A stretch of DNA of 61,137 bases from Vicinamibacteria bacterium (GCA_031392925.1 JANMVV010000333.1:1-61137), one strand, 5' to 3'. Positions 35,697 through 46,518 are shown, counted from the stretch's first letter. Notes: generated by a model from the letters alone, not told the origin. Translations and numbers: made by a program.

Positions 35697-37337
35697 ATGA
35701 CCCGGAACCGGACAATCGCCCTGCTGGCCAACGCCGTTCTGTGCGCCGGCGCCTTCATCGCCATCGACGTCAAGGCCTCGGCTCAGACTCCCCCATCGAA
35801 GGCAAAGGAATCGCCCTACGACCTCGCCATCACGGGGGCACGCATCATCGACGGCTCGGGCAACCCGTGGTACCGGGGGGATGTCTACCTGACCGGCGGG
35901 ACTATCGCCGCCATCGACGTGGCCCATCACGCGTTCGCGGCGAAGAAGACGATCGACGGCAAGGGCCTGGTCCTCGCCCCGGGGTTCATCGACATCCACA
36001 CCCACGCGCGCCGCGCCATTCTCGAAATCCCCACCGGCGAGAACTACGCGCGCCAGGGCGTCACCACGCTGATCGAAGGTCCCGACGGCAGCTCGCCCAT
36101 TCCGCTTCGCGCGTACCTGGAGCAGGTGCAGAAGGTGAAGACCTCGGTGAACTTCGGCGCCTTCATCGGCCAGGGCTCGATCCGCGAGAGCGTCATCGGC
36201 CCCAACGACCGCCGGGCGACATCCGAGGAGATCACGAGGATGCTGGAGATCACCCGCCAGGGAATGCGGGACGGCGCCTTCGGCCTCTCGACCGGTCTCT
36301 TCTACGTTCCCGGCACGTTCACGCCCACCGAGGAAGTGACCGCACTCGCAAAGGTCGCGGGAGAGATGGGAGGCATCCACATCTCGCACATGCGCAACGA
36401 GGCGAAGGACGTGCTGAAGAGCGTCAATGAGACGATCGCCATCGGTGAGAACGGCGGTTTGCCCACCCAGGTCACGCATCACAAGATCATCGGCCAGGGC
36501 AACTGGGGCGCGTCGACCCAGACGCTCGCCGCGGTGGCGGCGGCTCGGGCGCGCGGCGTCGATGCCACCATCGATCAGTATCCCTACACCGCGTCGTCGA
36601 CCGGCCTCAACGCTCTCCTGCCTTCGTGGGCGCAGGACGGCGGCCGCGAAGCGACGCTCAAGCGGCTGAAGGACCCGGAGACCCGGGCGAAGATCAAGGC
36701 GGTCGTGGTCGAGAACATCAGGTTCGACCGCGGCGGCGGCGACCCGAAGAACATTCAGATCGCCTCGGCTGGCTTCGACGCCTCGCTCGCCGGTAAGAAT
36801 CTGGCTCAGATCACGGCCGCGCGCGGGGTTCCGGTCACTTTTGAGAACGCCGCCGACACCGCCCTCGACATCATCGAGAGGGGCGGGGCGTCCGCGATCT
36901 TTCACGCCATCAACGAGGACGACCTGGTGAAGATCATTCGCGATCCGAATTCCATGGTCGGCTCGGACGGCGAGGTGATCCACTTCGGTGTCGCGGCCCC
37001 GCATCCGCGCGGCTATGGAACGTTCGTTCGCGTCCTTGGCCGCTACGTGCGCGAGCTGAAGGTGATCACGCTCCAGGACGCCATCCGCAAGATGACGTCC
37101 TTCCCCGCGCAGCGGCTCGGGCTTTTCGACCGCGGCCTGGTGCGGCCGGGCATGGTCGCGGACCTCGTGCTCTTCGACGAGAACGAGATCTCGGATCGCG
37201 CCACCTTCGAGAAGCCCCACCAGTACGCGGTCGGCGTCAAGTGGGTGCTGGTGAGCGGCGAGGTCATCTTCGACGGCAAGGGCATGACCGCGGCCCGGCC
37301 GGGGAGGATTCTCAAGGGCCCGTCCGCTGAGTGGTAG
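35697..37337 (+). CDS. Secreted N-acyl-D-amino-acid deacylase
   Basis: APGFIDIHTH, SHMRNE, THHK, DQYPY, GSDG, HPRGYGTF. Confidence 0.92.
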   Translation: MTRNRTIALLANAVLCAGAFIAIDVKASAQTPPSKAKESPYDLAITGARIIDGSGNPWYRGDVYLTGGTIAAIDVAHHAFAAKKTIDGKGLVLAPGFIDIHTHARRAILEIPTGENYARQGVTTLIEGPDGSSPIPLRAYLEQVQKVKTSVNFGAFIGQGSIRESVIGPNDRRATSEEITRMLEITRQGMRDGAFGLSTGLFYVPGTFTPTEEVTALAKVAGEMGGIHISHMRNEAKDVLKSVNETIAIGENGGLPTQVTHHKIIGQGNWGASTQTLAAVAAARARGVDATIDQYPYTASSTGLNALLPSWAQDGGREATLKRLKDPETRAKIKAVVVENIRFDRGGGDPKNIQIASAGFDASLAGKNLAQITAARGVPVTFENAADTALDIIERGGASAIFHAINEDDLVKIIRDPNSMVGSDGEVIHFGVAAPHPRGYGTFVRVLGRYVRELKVITLQDAIRKMTSFPAQRLGLFDRGLVRPGMVADLVLFDENEISDRATFEKPHQYAVGVKWVLVSGEVIFDGKGMTAARPGRILKGPSAEW

Positions 37338-37408
37338 CGAGAGATTGCTTCGCCAACTAGTCTAGGATTCGAGTTCGACTGCCCCAAGTCTGTGGGTCGT
37401 CTTGTCCG

Positions 37409-39523
37409 ATGAAAACCCATAACGAAGACCACCCTGGCCCGGAAATCGTCCCCGACCTGCGGCGCGAGTGGATAATCCTCGTGCGCCGAAGGTGGGTGAT
37501 CACGGCGGTCACGGTCGTGGCCCTGGTCGGCAGCGGGGCCTACGGTTACAGCGTCCGGCCTCTGTACGAGGCCACTGCCACCCTGTCCATCTCCCAAACC
37601 GTCCCGAATCAGCCCCTGGCCCGACTGGCCATCAGTGCGCAGAAGAACTCGGAGTTGATCGAGCGTGAAGTAACCCGGATCACCAGCCGCGAATTCGCAG
37701 CCGCCCTGCTGTCCCAGCTCGAACGCCGGGAGTTGGACGAGGTAGCCTCGGGTCCGGTCAGTCCGTGGTATCGCCGTCTCTGGTTTCTCCAGTCCGAGCC
37801 TTCGAGGGGCGAGGGTCTCAATACCGCCCGCAACGTCGCGTTCCTGCAGTCGCGACTCGCGATCGACACGAGGAGCGGGTCGAGCTGGGTTGAAGTCCGG
37901 GTCAGCGGCTTCAACCCCGAGGCGGTCGCTGGCCTGGCCAACGCGGTCACGCGCGGATACCTGAACGAAGCCGCCGAGGCGAATCGACAGACCCTCGAAG
38001 CATCCAAGGCCGCTCTCGACGATCAACTGGAGAGTCGGGAGAAAAAGCTCGGAGAACAACTGAGCGGCCTGAGGGAGATTGGCGCCGAAACGGGTCTGGG
38101 TGATCTCGACGCGCGCAAGCAGATGCTGGAGCGGCAGATCCGCGGCTTCCAGGAGGCGCTGGTGGCGGCCCAGACCGGGCGCGTGGGCCAGGCCGCCACC
38201 CGCCGGGAAGCAGTGAAGCTCGACAGTGGGACGGTGGCCGCAGACCCGCGGGTTCAGGCCGCGCAGGCCCGGGTGAGCGAATTGGAGGATCTCGAGCGTT
38301 CGCAGCTCGCGACCCTGGGCTCGCGCCACCCGGACGTGGTCGTGACTCATGAGCAGCTCGAGACCGCGAGAGAACGCCTGAAGAGCGCCACTACGGTCGC
38401 GGAGAAGGCCGTGGACTCCGCCTATCAGCTCGCCGTGAACGAAGAAGAGAGGATGAAGGCCAGCCTTCGGAAGCTGCAAGGGGAACTGGCGTCGCTCGAG
38501 AAGCAGTCCTTCTCCTACAGCATCGGGGCCAGGAAGGCGGAGGCCAGCCGGCTCGCCTTCGAGCAGATGATCAAGCAGCAGGAGACCGCAACTGCCGTCA
38601 TTGTGACCGCCGAGATCATCCAGGCGGCGACGCCCTCGCCGGTACCCATCTCGCCGAAGCCCGCGCAGAATCTGCTCTATGCTCTGGCCGGCGGCCTTCT
38701 CGCCGGGCTGGCCCTGGCCTGGGGGATGGACCGGTTCGACGACTCGATCCGGTCGCCCGACGACGTGAAGGACATCCTGGGCCTGCCCTTCCTTGGCGTG
38801 GTTCCCCTGGTTCCGAAATTGTCGCTCGACGGCATCGGAGCCGGGCTGTCGGACACCCGCACCGGATTCTCCGACGGTCTGCGGGTGGTCCGGACCAACA
38901 TCGTCTACGGCGCGCCGCAACTGAAGCCCAAGGTGCTGGTCTTCACGAGCGCGTCGCCGGGCGACGGCAAATCGACCGTGGCTTCGGGAGTAGCGCTCCT
39001 GCTGCACGAGACCCGAGCCAGGGTTCTCCTCATCGATGGCGACCTGCGACGCCCCTCGCTTCACACCCTCTTCAACCTGCCCGCGACCCGCGGACTTTCG
39101 GAGCTGCTGGCCCAGGAGGCTCCGGTGACCCTCACGGTTTCACCCGGGCCGATGGAGGGCCTCGACCTCGTGCTTGCCGGGCCTCCCCTCACCGTCTCCG
39201 CGGCCCGCCTCGGCTCGGCCAACATGCAGTCGCTGGTCGCCCAGGCCCGCGAGCTCTACGACTGGGTGATCATCGATTCGCCGCCGTCGCTCGGTCTCCC
39301 CGATGCATCGGTGCTGGCCACCATGGCCGATGGCGTGGTGATCGTGTGTTCGGGCGACAAAACCCCCCGCCAGGCGTTGCGGTCGGTGACCGACCAGCTG
39401 CGCTCGGTGGGTGCCTCGGTGCTGGGCGTGGTTCTGAACCGGGTGAACCTCGGCCGGCACTCGTACTACTACGGGCGCTACTACTCGGCCTATTACGGGT
39501 CGGAGACGAAAGCCGCTTCCTGA
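37409..39523 (+). CDS. wzc: Wzc/GumC polysaccharide co-polymerase with BY tyrosine-kinase domain
   Basis: Two TMs flanking a coiled coil (HPDVV), PISPKP, Walker A SPGDGKS, IDGDLRRP, IIDSPP, C-terminal Tyr cluster SYYYGRYYSAYYG. Confidence 0.9.
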   Translation: MKTHNEDHPGPEIVPDLRREWIILVRRRWVITAVTVVALVGSGAYGYSVRPLYEATATLSISQTVPNQPLARLAISAQKNSELIEREVTRITSREFAAALLSQLERRELDEVASGPVSPWYRRLWFLQSEPSRGEGLNTARNVAFLQSRLAIDTRSGSSWVEVRVSGFNPEAVAGLANAVTRGYLNEAAEANRQTLEASKAALDDQLESREKKLGEQLSGLREIGAETGLGDLDARKQMLERQIRGFQEALVAAQTGRVGQAATRREAVKLDSGTVAADPRVQAAQARVSELEDLERSQLATLGSRHPDVVVTHEQLETARERLKSATTVAEKAVDSAYQLAVNEEERMKASLRKLQGELASLEKQSFSYSIGARKAEASRLAFEQMIKQQETATAVIVTAEIIQAATPSPVPISPKPAQNLLYALAGGLLAGLALAWGMDRFDDSIRSPDDVKDILGLPFLGVVPLVPKLSLDGIGAGLSDTRTGFSDGLRVVRTNIVYGAPQLKPKVLVFTSASPGDGKSTVASGVALLLHETRARVLLIDGDLRRPSLHTLFNLPATRGLSELLAQEAPVTLTVSPGPMEGLDLVLAGPPLTVSAARLGSANMQSLVAQARELYDWVIIDSPPSLGLPDASVLATMADGVVIVCSGDKTPRQALRSVTDQLRSVGASVLGVVLNRVNLGRHSYYYGRYYSAYYGSETKAAS

Positions 39524-39536
39524 GCCGTCCCCCGAA

Positions 39537-42137
39537 TCAGGCCGCCTGCTGCTTTCTTTCGGCGCGGCGGAACTCGAGATCGCCACCCTTACCGGGCTCG
39601 ATGGTCAGCTTGTCCCCTTCACGGAAGTGACCGGCCAGGAGCTGAAGGGCGAGCGGGTTCTCGACCATTCTCTGGATGGCACGCTTCAGCGGACGGGCGC
39701 CGAACACCGGGTCGTAGCCCACGTGGGCGAGCAGCGTCGCCGCCTCCGGTGAGAGGTTGATCTCGATCTTCTTCTCCGCCACCCGCTTCTTGAGATCCTG
39801 GAACTGGATTTCCACGATCCTGCGAATCTGCTCCTCCCCGAGCGCGCCGAAGGTGACGATCTCGTCGATCCGGTTCAGGAACTCCGGCCGGAAGGTCCGG
39901 CGCAGAGCGTCCATCAGCCGGCCCTTGATGTCGGGTATGTCCTTCGTCGCCGACTCCTGGATGAGGTCGGAGGCGACGTTGCTGGTCATGATGAGCACGG
40001 TGTTCTTGAAGTCCACGGTCCGGCCCTTGCCGTCGGTCAGCCGTCCTTCGTCGAGCACCTGAAGGAGGATGTTGAAGACATCCGGATGCGCCTTTTCGAT
40101 TTCATCGAAGAGGATCACCGCGTAGGGCCTTCGGCGGATCGTCTCGGTGAGCTGGCCGCCTTCGTCGTAGCCGACGTATCCGGGAGGCGCTCCCACCAGG
40201 CGGGACACCGAGTGCTTCTCCATGTACTCCGACATGTCGATGCGGACCACGGCCTTCTCGTCGTCGAAGAGGAAGTCGGCGAGGGAACGCGCGAGTTCGG
40301 TCTTGCCCACTCCGGTCGGGCCCATGAAGAGGAAGGAGCCGATGGGCCGCTTCGGATCGGAAAGACCGGCGCGCGAACGGCGCACCGCGTTGGACACGAG
40401 GAGCAATGCCTCCTCCTGGCCGACCACGCGCTCACGGAGGCGCTCTTCCATCCTCACCAGACGATCGACATCGCCCTCGAGCATCCGGGTCACCGGGATG
40501 CCCGTCCATTTCGCGACCACCTCGGCCACATCCTCGGCTTCCACTTCCTCCTTCAGCATGCGCTGCTTCGACTGAAGCCGGGACAGGACCACGCGGGCAT
40601 CCTTGATCTCTTTCTCGAGCGCCGGGATGGTGCCGTACTGAAGCTCGGCGGCCTTCGCGAGGTTGCCCTCCTTGGTGGCGCGCTCCGCTTCGAAGCGGGT
40701 CTTCTCCATCCGCTCCTTCATCTCGCGGATCTTCGAGATGCTCTCCTTCTCCTGCTGCCAGTGGACCTTCATGCCCGCGGTCTTCTCGCGAAGGTCGGCG
40801 ATGTCGCGCTCGACTTTCTGGAGACGTTCCTTCGAGGCCTTGTCGTGCTCCTTGGTGAGAGCCTGCCGCTCGATCTCGAGCTGGACGATGGCGCGCTCGA
40901 TCTCGTCGATCTCGGTGGGCATCGAGTCGATCTCGATGCGCAGCCGGGAGGCCGCCTCGTCCATCAGATCGATGGCCTTGTCGGGCAGGAAACGGTCGGC
41001 GATGTAGCGATTGGAGAGGGTCGCCGCGGCCACGATGGCGCCGTCCTGGATACGAACGCCATGATGAACTTCGTAGCGCTCCTTCAGACCGCGCAGGATG
41101 CCGATGGTCTCTTCGACCGAGGGCTCATCGGCGAACACCGGCTGAAAGCGGCGAGCGAGGGCCGCGTCCTTCTCGATGTACTTCTGATATTCGGCAAGGG
41201 TGGTGGCGCCGATGCAGCGGAGTTCGCCGCGCGCAAGCGCGGGCTTCAGCATGTTGGAGGCGTCCATCGAACCTTCGGAAGCACCCGCGCCCACCACGGT
41301 GTGCAGTTCGTCGATGAAGAGGATGACCTGCCCTTCGGATTCGGTGACCACCTTGAGGACGGCCTTGAGCCGATCCTCGAACTCACCCCGATACTTGGCC
41401 CCGGCGACGAGTGCGCCCATGTCGAGAGCCACAACTTTACGGCCGCGCAGGGACTCAGGCACGTCGCCCGCGATGATGCGCTGGGCGAGCCCCTCGACGA
41501 TGGCGGTCTTGCCGACGCCGGGCTCGCCGATGAGCACCGGGTTGTTCTTGGTTCGACGCGAGAGGACCTGGACCACGCGACGGACTTCGTCCGAGCGGCC
41601 GATGACCGGGTCCAGTTTCCCCTTGAGTGCGGCGTCGGTCAGATCGCGCGAGTACTTCGTGAGGGCCTCGTAGCGATCCTCGGCGTGGGGGTCGTTCGCC
41701 TTCTCGGTTCCGCGGATCTGCTGGAGGACTCCAAAAAGCTTCTCGCGGGTCACGCCGCGACGCTTGAGGAGTTCGGAGCCCCGGTTGTCAAGGGCGCTCA
41801 GGGCGAGGAGAAGGTGCTCGGTGGAGACGTACTGGTCCTTGAGCTTGCCCGCTTCCTTGACCGCGGCCTTAAGCAGTGCGTCGACGCGGGTCGACATCAC
41901 GGTCTTGCCTCCTTGCTGTCGGGGCAGTCCCTCGAGGATTCGATCCACGTCGGTCGTGAGCTGCTGGGTATCGACACCAAGGCGTTCGAGGGCCGAAGAA
42001 ACGACGCCCCCCTGCTGATCGAGGGCCGCTTTCAGAAAGTGCTCGGGCGTAACTTCGGCATGGTCGGCGGCCTCGGCCAGTGATTGCGCATTCGCAATCA
42101 CTTCCTGGGCGCGCACGGTGAACTGGTCCTGTCTCAT
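39537..42137 (-). CDS. clpB: ATP-dependent chaperone ClpB
   Basis: Two AAA+ modules ([16 protein letters not shown]), long M-domain coiled coil, GGAGG RBS 9 nt before ATG 42137. Confidence 0.98.
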   Translation of the reverse strand: MRQDQFTVRAQEVIANAQSLAEAADHAEVTPEHFLKAALDQQGGVVSSALERLGVDTQQLTTDVDRILEGLPRQQGGKTVMSTRVDALLKAAVKEAGKLKDQYVSTEHLLLALSALDNRGSELLKRRGVTREKLFGVLQQIRGTEKANDPHAEDRYEALTKYSRDLTDAALKGKLDPVIGRSDEVRRVVQVLSRRTKNNPVLIGEPGVGKTAIVEGLAQRIIAGDVPESLRGRKVVALDMGALVAGAKYRGEFEDRLKAVLKVVTESEGQVILFIDELHTVVGAGASEGSMDASNMLKPALARGELRCIGATTLAEYQKYIEKDAALARRFQPVFADEPSVEETIGILRGLKERYEVHHGVRIQDGAIVAAATLSNRYIADRFLPDKAIDLMDEAASRLRIEIDSMPTEIDEIERAIVQLEIERQALTKEHDKASKERLQKVERDIADLREKTAGMKVHWQQEKESISKIREMKERMEKTRFEAERATKEGNLAKAAELQYGTIPALEKEIKDARVVLSRLQSKQRMLKEEVEAEDVAEVVAKWTGIPVTRMLEGDVDRLVRMEERLRERVVGQEEALLLVSNAVRRSRAGLSDPKRPIGSFLFMGPTGVGKTELARSLADFLFDDEKAVVRIDMSEYMEKHSVSRLVGAPPGYVGYDEGGQLTETIRRRPYAVILFDEIEKAHPDVFNILLQVLDEGRLTDGKGRTVDFKNTVLIMTSNVASDLIQESATKDIPDIKGRLMDALRRTFRPEFLNRIDEIVTFGALGEEQIRRIVEIQFQDLKKRVAEKKIEINLSPEAATLLAHVGYDPVFGARPLKRAIQRMVENPLALQLLAGHFREGDKLTIEPGKGGDLEFRRAERKQQAA

Positions 42138-42172
42138 GGCAATCATCCTCCGACGGTTTCCCGACTGTGGGG

Positions 42173-42226
42173 ATTCTATCTATATCTATGAGTCGATGTC
42201 AAGAAATCTTATCATATGACACTCAT
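42173..42226 (-). promoter_or_regulatory. clpB sigma70 promoter in an AT-rich island with repeated ATGAGT/ACTCAT half-sites
   Basis: TTGACA (42202-42197), 18-nt spacer, TAGAAT (42178-42173). Inverted ATGAGT (42188-42193) ... ACTCAT (42221-42226). Confidence 0.7.
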
Positions 42227-42330
42227 GAACTACATAAACGTATTTTTATCATCTGTTTATATAATGATCCCATTTGAGGAAATTCCGGGAGAGAATCCGC
42301 CTGCGGCGGCAGATTCAAGGAAAGATCGTG

Positions 42331-43320
42331 TCAGCGCTTACGAGCGCGCCCGGGGGTGGAGCCGAAGAAGGCTTTGTAGGCCACGACGAAGCTCGCCGCA
42401 TTCGCGTAGCCGACTTCATGAGCGACGGACTCGAGCGAAAGCTCGGTGCTGCGAAGGCGCCGCTCCGCCAGACGCATCCGCGAGGCCGTCTGATAATCGG
42501 AGAGAGTCATCCCGTAGACGAGCTTGAAGGCGGCTCTGAGCTTGGTGCGGTTCATGGCCGCCATGCGGCCGAGCTCTTCGACGTCATAGTGGCGGGCCGG
42601 GTTCTCTTCGATGAGACTGCGCACGTTCTCGAGCCTCGCGGCCTCGGCCGGGGTGGGGCCGGCGACTCGAGGGGCCGAGGCAGACAGGGTGTCGAAGGCC
42701 GCCGCGAGAAACGCGATGGACGTGGCTTCCGCGTGGATGTCGAGGAAGGTGGGCGAGAGCCTCAGCAGATCGTCGAGGCTCGACATCACCGACATCAGTC
42801 GTCCGGACACGCGACCCTCGCGATGAAACGGCCGCTTCCCCATGATGACGTCGCGCACCGGCTGCGGAAACTGGGCCACGCGGTCGCCGAGCTTCGCGCG
42901 AAGCACCGAGGGCTTGATCATGATCGAGATGGATCTTTCCGGGGCGGTTCCGCTGCCGCGAATGACCTTGCCCTTCTCCTGATAGACGAGGGTGACGTCC
43001 ATCCCCTTCAGTTCGACGCGCTCGCGTCCGACTTGCCAGGTCCGATCCCCGCGGGTGATGAGGCCGGCCCGGATGTGGATTCGATCCTCCCGGACCCGGC
43101 TGTCGATGGCCGCGGCCTCGGTATGAGGCGTGGAGCACAGCGCGAACATGATCTGGTCGCGATTGGTGTACACGAGAAAGTCCGGCGGGACCTTTCCCCC
43201 CACGGCCTCGCCGGGAAGGGGCGCTTCCCACCGGACAATGTCCATCCCGAATTCCCGGAGCTGAGCCCGGAAGGACTCGTGCTTGGGCGCGTCGCGAATG
43301 GAGTAGAGGTGGCAGGGCAT
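42331..43320 (-). CDS. AraC family transcriptional regulator
   Basis: C-terminal double HTH: LGRMAAMNRTKLRAAFK..YG, VAHEVGYANAASF..AYK.FFG.TPG. Confidence 0.9.
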   Translation of the reverse strand: MPCHLYSIRDAPKHESFRAQLREFGMDIVRWEAPLPGEAVGGKVPPDFLVYTNRDQIMFALCSTPHTEAAAIDSRVREDRIHIRAGLITRGDRTWQVGRERVELKGMDVTLVYQEKGKVIRGSGTAPERSISIMIKPSVLRAKLGDRVAQFPQPVRDVIMGKRPFHREGRVSGRLMSVMSSLDDLLRLSPTFLDIHAEATSIAFLAAAFDTLSASAPRVAGPTPAEAARLENVRSLIEENPARHYDVEELGRMAAMNRTKLRAAFKLVYGMTLSDYQTASRMRLAERRLRSTELSLESVAHEVGYANAASFVVAYKAFFGSTPGRARKR

Positions 43321-43323
43321 GGT

Positions 43324-43806
43324 TCAGCACGAAGGGCCCGACGGGGCGGCGAGTCTAGCGGAGCGTCTGACCATGGCCACCGCGCTCGCGGGACAGGCCC
43401 CACGGAACTCGGCGGAAGCCTGAAGGGATGCGGGCAGGACATCCCTGGGAACCGTCTCGAATCCCCGCCGCGCGAAGAACGGCTCCGCGGTCGTGGTCAA
43501 CAGCGCGACGGCATCCACCCCGCGGTCAGAGGCGGGCTCGATGGCGAACTCGAAAAGGGCGTGGCCGAGGCCTCGGGAGCGCTGGTCCGGGTGGGTGGCC
43601 AGCGATCGCAGCAGCGCCGCCTTTCCATAGATCTCCAGGGCCACGGAGCCAAGGACCTTCGCGGGAGAGCCCGAATCGACGGCCACCCAGGCGGTGGCCC
43701 AATGATCGGCGAGGCCATCAGACGGCAGTCCGCACGCGGCGAGAAGCGCCAGAACGTCGCTCCGCTCGCCGGCTTCGCACAACCGGATCGGTTCAGAAGG
43801 TCTCAT
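43324..43806 (-). CDS. GNAT acetyltransferase, ArsN2-like
   Basis: LLRSLA..P.QRSRGLG, LLTTTAEPFF.RRGF, SAEF...CPASA..M. Confidence 0.85.
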   Translation of the reverse strand: MRPSEPIRLCEAGERSDVLALLAACGLPSDGLADHWATAWVAVDSGSPAKVLGSVALEIYGKAALLRSLATHPDQRSRGLGHALFEFAIEPASDRGVDAVALLTTTAEPFFARRGFETVPRDVLPASLQASAEFRGACPASAVAMVRRSARLAAPSGPSC

Positions 43807-43868
43807 CGCCCGTGCCTCACTGTCGCGCGGATTCTATTCCCCGCCCGGCCGCGGGGAGCCACCGGCGG

Positions 43869-44360
43869 TCAGATCCGAATGAACCGAGCCTGGTGTCCGG
43901 TGTGTTGCAGGAACCGCTCGAAGTCCGCGTCGGCGAGAGCGAGCGTGGCGGTGTTGTCGTTCGGATGAAAGGCGAGCCGGGCGGCTCCCGTGAGATCGAC
44001 GTCGAGGAAGAGCCGGACGTGGCGGCCGGGGTCGTTGAGCAAGCCGAAGGGCGACACCGACCCGGGGGTGAGCCCGAGATGCTTCATCAAGCGCTCAGGC
44101 GAGCCGAAGCTCAGCTTGCCATCTCCGATCTGTTCCGCGACCTGGCGCAGGTCCACGCGCTTCGAATGCGGCACGACGACCAGATAGTGCCGATCGCCCT
44201 TCTGATTGCGGAGAAAGAGGTTCTTGCAATGCGTGGCCTCGATACCGGCCCAGTGGACAAGGGCCTCGGCCACGGTGGCCACGGGCGGATGCTCGTATCG
44301 ATCGAACGCGATGCCGAGAGCCTGCAGGCAATCGAGGACGGGCTGCTGCCGCTCGTTCAT
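43869..44360 (-). CDS. YbaK/ProX (ProXp-ala-like) tRNA editing protein
   Basis: EHPPVATV.EA, CKNLFLRN, LSFGS, PGSVSPFGL.ND, FHPNDNTAT. Confidence 0.92.
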   Translation of the reverse strand: MNERQQPVLDCLQALGIAFDRYEHPPVATVAEALVHWAGIEATHCKNLFLRNQKGDRHYLVVVPHSKRVDLRQVAEQIGDGKLSFGSPERLMKHLGLTPGSVSPFGLLNDPGRHVRLFLDVDLTGAARLAFHPNDNTATLALADADFERFLQHTGHQARFIRI

Positions 44361-44414
44361 CGTTCCATTTTCGCTCGAACCGGCGGCGGGACCAGGCCCC
44401 CGTAAACTGGTCGA

Positions 44415-45278
44415 ATGAACTCGGTCACTTCGATGGCCCTCGGCCTGTCGTTGCTGGTCCCGGGTGTCGTCAGCGCGGACGAGCGTCCCATTCTGGTGGG
44501 GAGGGTGACCCGGGCCGACCTGCAGACACCTCCCTACTCGGAGTGGTTCGACGGGCAATACACGAGGTACCAGCCGGACGCGGCGAGCGTCCTTCAACTG
44601 CGGCCGCTCCTTGCGGGCACTTCCATCGAGGCGTACTTCGGGACCTGGTGCGGCGACTCGCGGCGTCAGATTCCGAGGCTCACGCGCCTGCTCGACCTCG
44701 CGGGCCTCGACGAGCGGCGCCTGAGCCTCATCGCACTCTCCGACCGGGCGATGGAATTCAAGCGGAGTCCGGGCCATCCCGAGGCGAAGCGGCACGTCCA
44801 CCGCACGCCGACCATCGTGATCGTCCGCGACGGCCGGGAGATCGGCCGCATCGTGGAAACGCCCGCCCAGTCGCTCGAGGCGGACCTCCTCGCCATTCTC
44901 GAAGGCCGCGGCCCGGCGCCGAAGTACGGGGCGGAGGCGTGGGTCCACCATCTCTTCACCGACCTCACACCCGAGGACGCGATGAAGGAGCTCCGTTCCG
45001 GCGGCCCCGAGGTTCTCAAACGCAGCGACCCGGACTCGCTCTGGCACTACGCGGAGCACGACCTTCTGAAGAACGGCCGCGCCCTCGAGGCGAAGGCGGT
45101 CCTCGATCTCCACCTCGAGCTGAGTCCACGATCGGTCATCGGCCACATCCTGATGTCGGATGCGCTCGTCGGGCTGGGCCGCAACGAAGAGGCCAGGCGG
45201 GCGATCGAGCGGGCCCTCGCCATCGAACCCAAAAACGACCGCGCCCTGCGCGCGGCCGCGTCGTTGCGCGAGCCCTGA
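44415..45278 (+). CDS. Secreted thioredoxin-like (WCGDS) protein with TPR tail
   Basis: FGTWCGDSRR, RTPT..I...GREIGRIVE.P, C-terminal TPR, signal peptide. Confidence 0.85.
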   Translation: MNSVTSMALGLSLLVPGVVSADERPILVGRVTRADLQTPPYSEWFDGQYTRYQPDAASVLQLRPLLAGTSIEAYFGTWCGDSRRQIPRLTRLLDLAGLDERRLSLIALSDRAMEFKRSPGHPEAKRHVHRTPTIVIVRDGREIGRIVETPAQSLEADLLAILEGRGPAPKYGAEAWVHHLFTDLTPEDAMKELRSGGPEVLKRSDPDSLWHYAEHDLLKNGRALEAKAVLDLHLELSPRSVIGHILMSDALVGLGRNEEARRAIERALAIEPKNDRALRAAASLREP

Positions 45279-45311
45279 GCGGCGCCTGGGCCGCTTCGGG
45301 CGCCCGCGTTC

Positions 45312-46439
45312 TCAGCGAGGCGGCGGCGGCGTGATCGCGTCCTTGAGCGGCCCCGCGAGCTCATCGTAGACGCGATGCAGGTACCAGTCGACGAGGTAGA
45401 CCGCGAACAGGTCGTTCTGGCGCGGATCGTCCTTGGTGATCCGGGTCCGCAGCTTCTCGAGCGAGGGCAGGATGGCCTCCTTCGCCTGGTCGGGGTCGAG
45501 CCCTTTCGCCCTCATTTCCTTCCCCTGCCGCAGCAACTCGCGGAACACATCCATGGTGGCGTGGAGGAGGGTCTTGTCGTGGAGCGGCTCCCCGTGGCCG
45601 GTAACCCAGACCGTCGCGTCGAGTGAATCGATCCTCTCGAGAGCGCTGAGCCAGCCGGTCGGATACACGCCCAGCGCGAAGGACACCGGATTCACGAGGA
45701 GATCTCCGGTCACCACGATCCTCTCCTTCGGCAGATAGAGGAAGGCGTCTCCGGGAGTCACGGCGCGGCCGAAGTTCAGGACCTGGATCTCGCGCTCGCC
45801 CAGGTGCAGGGTGAGCCGGTCTGAGAAGGTCACGTCCGCGAAGGTGTGGTGAACACCCCGCTTCTGGTCCAGAAAGAACCGGCCCATGGCCAGGGCCGAC
45901 TTCAACCGCGCGAGGTTGGCGGGCGGCGTCGTCGCCGCTTCCCCCGCCGCCACGCGCTTGGCAAGGTCGTCGAGATAGCCGGGAAGCTGCTGGTCGAGCC
46001 CGGGCTGGTTGAACGCGAGCGCCGGGCCCATCATGAGTTCGCGGGTCTTCTCGTGAGTGATGACGTGGACTTCTGGAAAGGCGCGGCGATAGACCTCGGT
46101 GCCGTACCAGTGATCCCAGTGCCAGTGCGAGATGACCACGTACTTCACCGGCTTGTCGGTCAGCTTTCGGATCTCCATGAGGACCGCTTCGGCCGCGGCG
46201 GGTGTCCCGTTGGTGTCGAAGACCAGCACGCCGTCGCTCGAGAGAATGACCACCGAGTTCCCGTCGAGGCCGACATCGCCGTAGGGCGGAGTCAGGAAGA
46301 CGTAGACGCCGTCGGCGACCTGAACCCGCTGCGGCGGCTCGAGGATCTGGGCGGTCGACAAGGCTGGCGACAGGATCAAGGCCAGCGCTGCAAGTCTCAT
46401 CGCGAGGTTCGATTTCCAACTCTTCAATGCCTGACCCAC
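45312..46439 (-). CDS. Secreted MBL-fold metallo-hydrolase
   Basis: SHWHWDHWYG, TPGD, TGDLL, GHG. Start is either GTG 46439 (GGAGG upstream) or ATG 46400. Confidence 0.9.
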   Translation of the reverse strand: MGQALKSWKSNLAMRLAALALILSPALSTAQILEPPQRVQVADGVYVFLTPPYGDVGLDGNSVVILSSDGVLVFDTNGTPAAAEAVLMEIRKLTDKPVKYVVISHWHWDHWYGTEVYRRAFPEVHVITHEKTRELMMGPALAFNQPGLDQQLPGYLDDLAKRVAAGEAATTPPANLARLKSALAMGRFFLDQKRGVHHTFADVTFSDRLTLHLGEREIQVLNFGRAVTPGDAFLYLPKERIVVTGDLLVNPVSFALGVYPTGWLSALERIDSLDATVWVTGHGEPLHDKTLLHATMDVFRELLRQGKEMRAKGLDPDQAKEAILPSLEKLRTRITKDDPRQNDLFAVYLVDWYLHRVYDELAGPLKDAITPPPPR

Positions 46440-46502
46440 GCTCCCTCCTGTCCCACGCTGCCTTCGCGGCTCTCCAAATCAGAACGGCTGAAGCAGGAGG
46501 CC

Positions 46503-46518
46503 AGCAAGCCACGTGCCG
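46503..46518 (-). promoter_or_regulatory. Putative sigma-54 (-24/-12) promoter
   Basis: Minus strand CGGCACG-TGGC-TTGCT against the consensus TGGCACG-N4-TTGCW, upstream of the MBL gene. Confidence 0.55.

Noticed and set aside
43324-43806. Arsenic-resistance island
   Set aside because: Only an ArsN2-like GNAT is present, with no arsR, arsC or acr3 nearby.
45312-46439. Metallo-beta-lactamase resistance gene
   Set aside because: The HxHxDH motif with a long helical insert fits generic MBL-fold hydrolases. Nothing points specifically to class B beta-lactamases.
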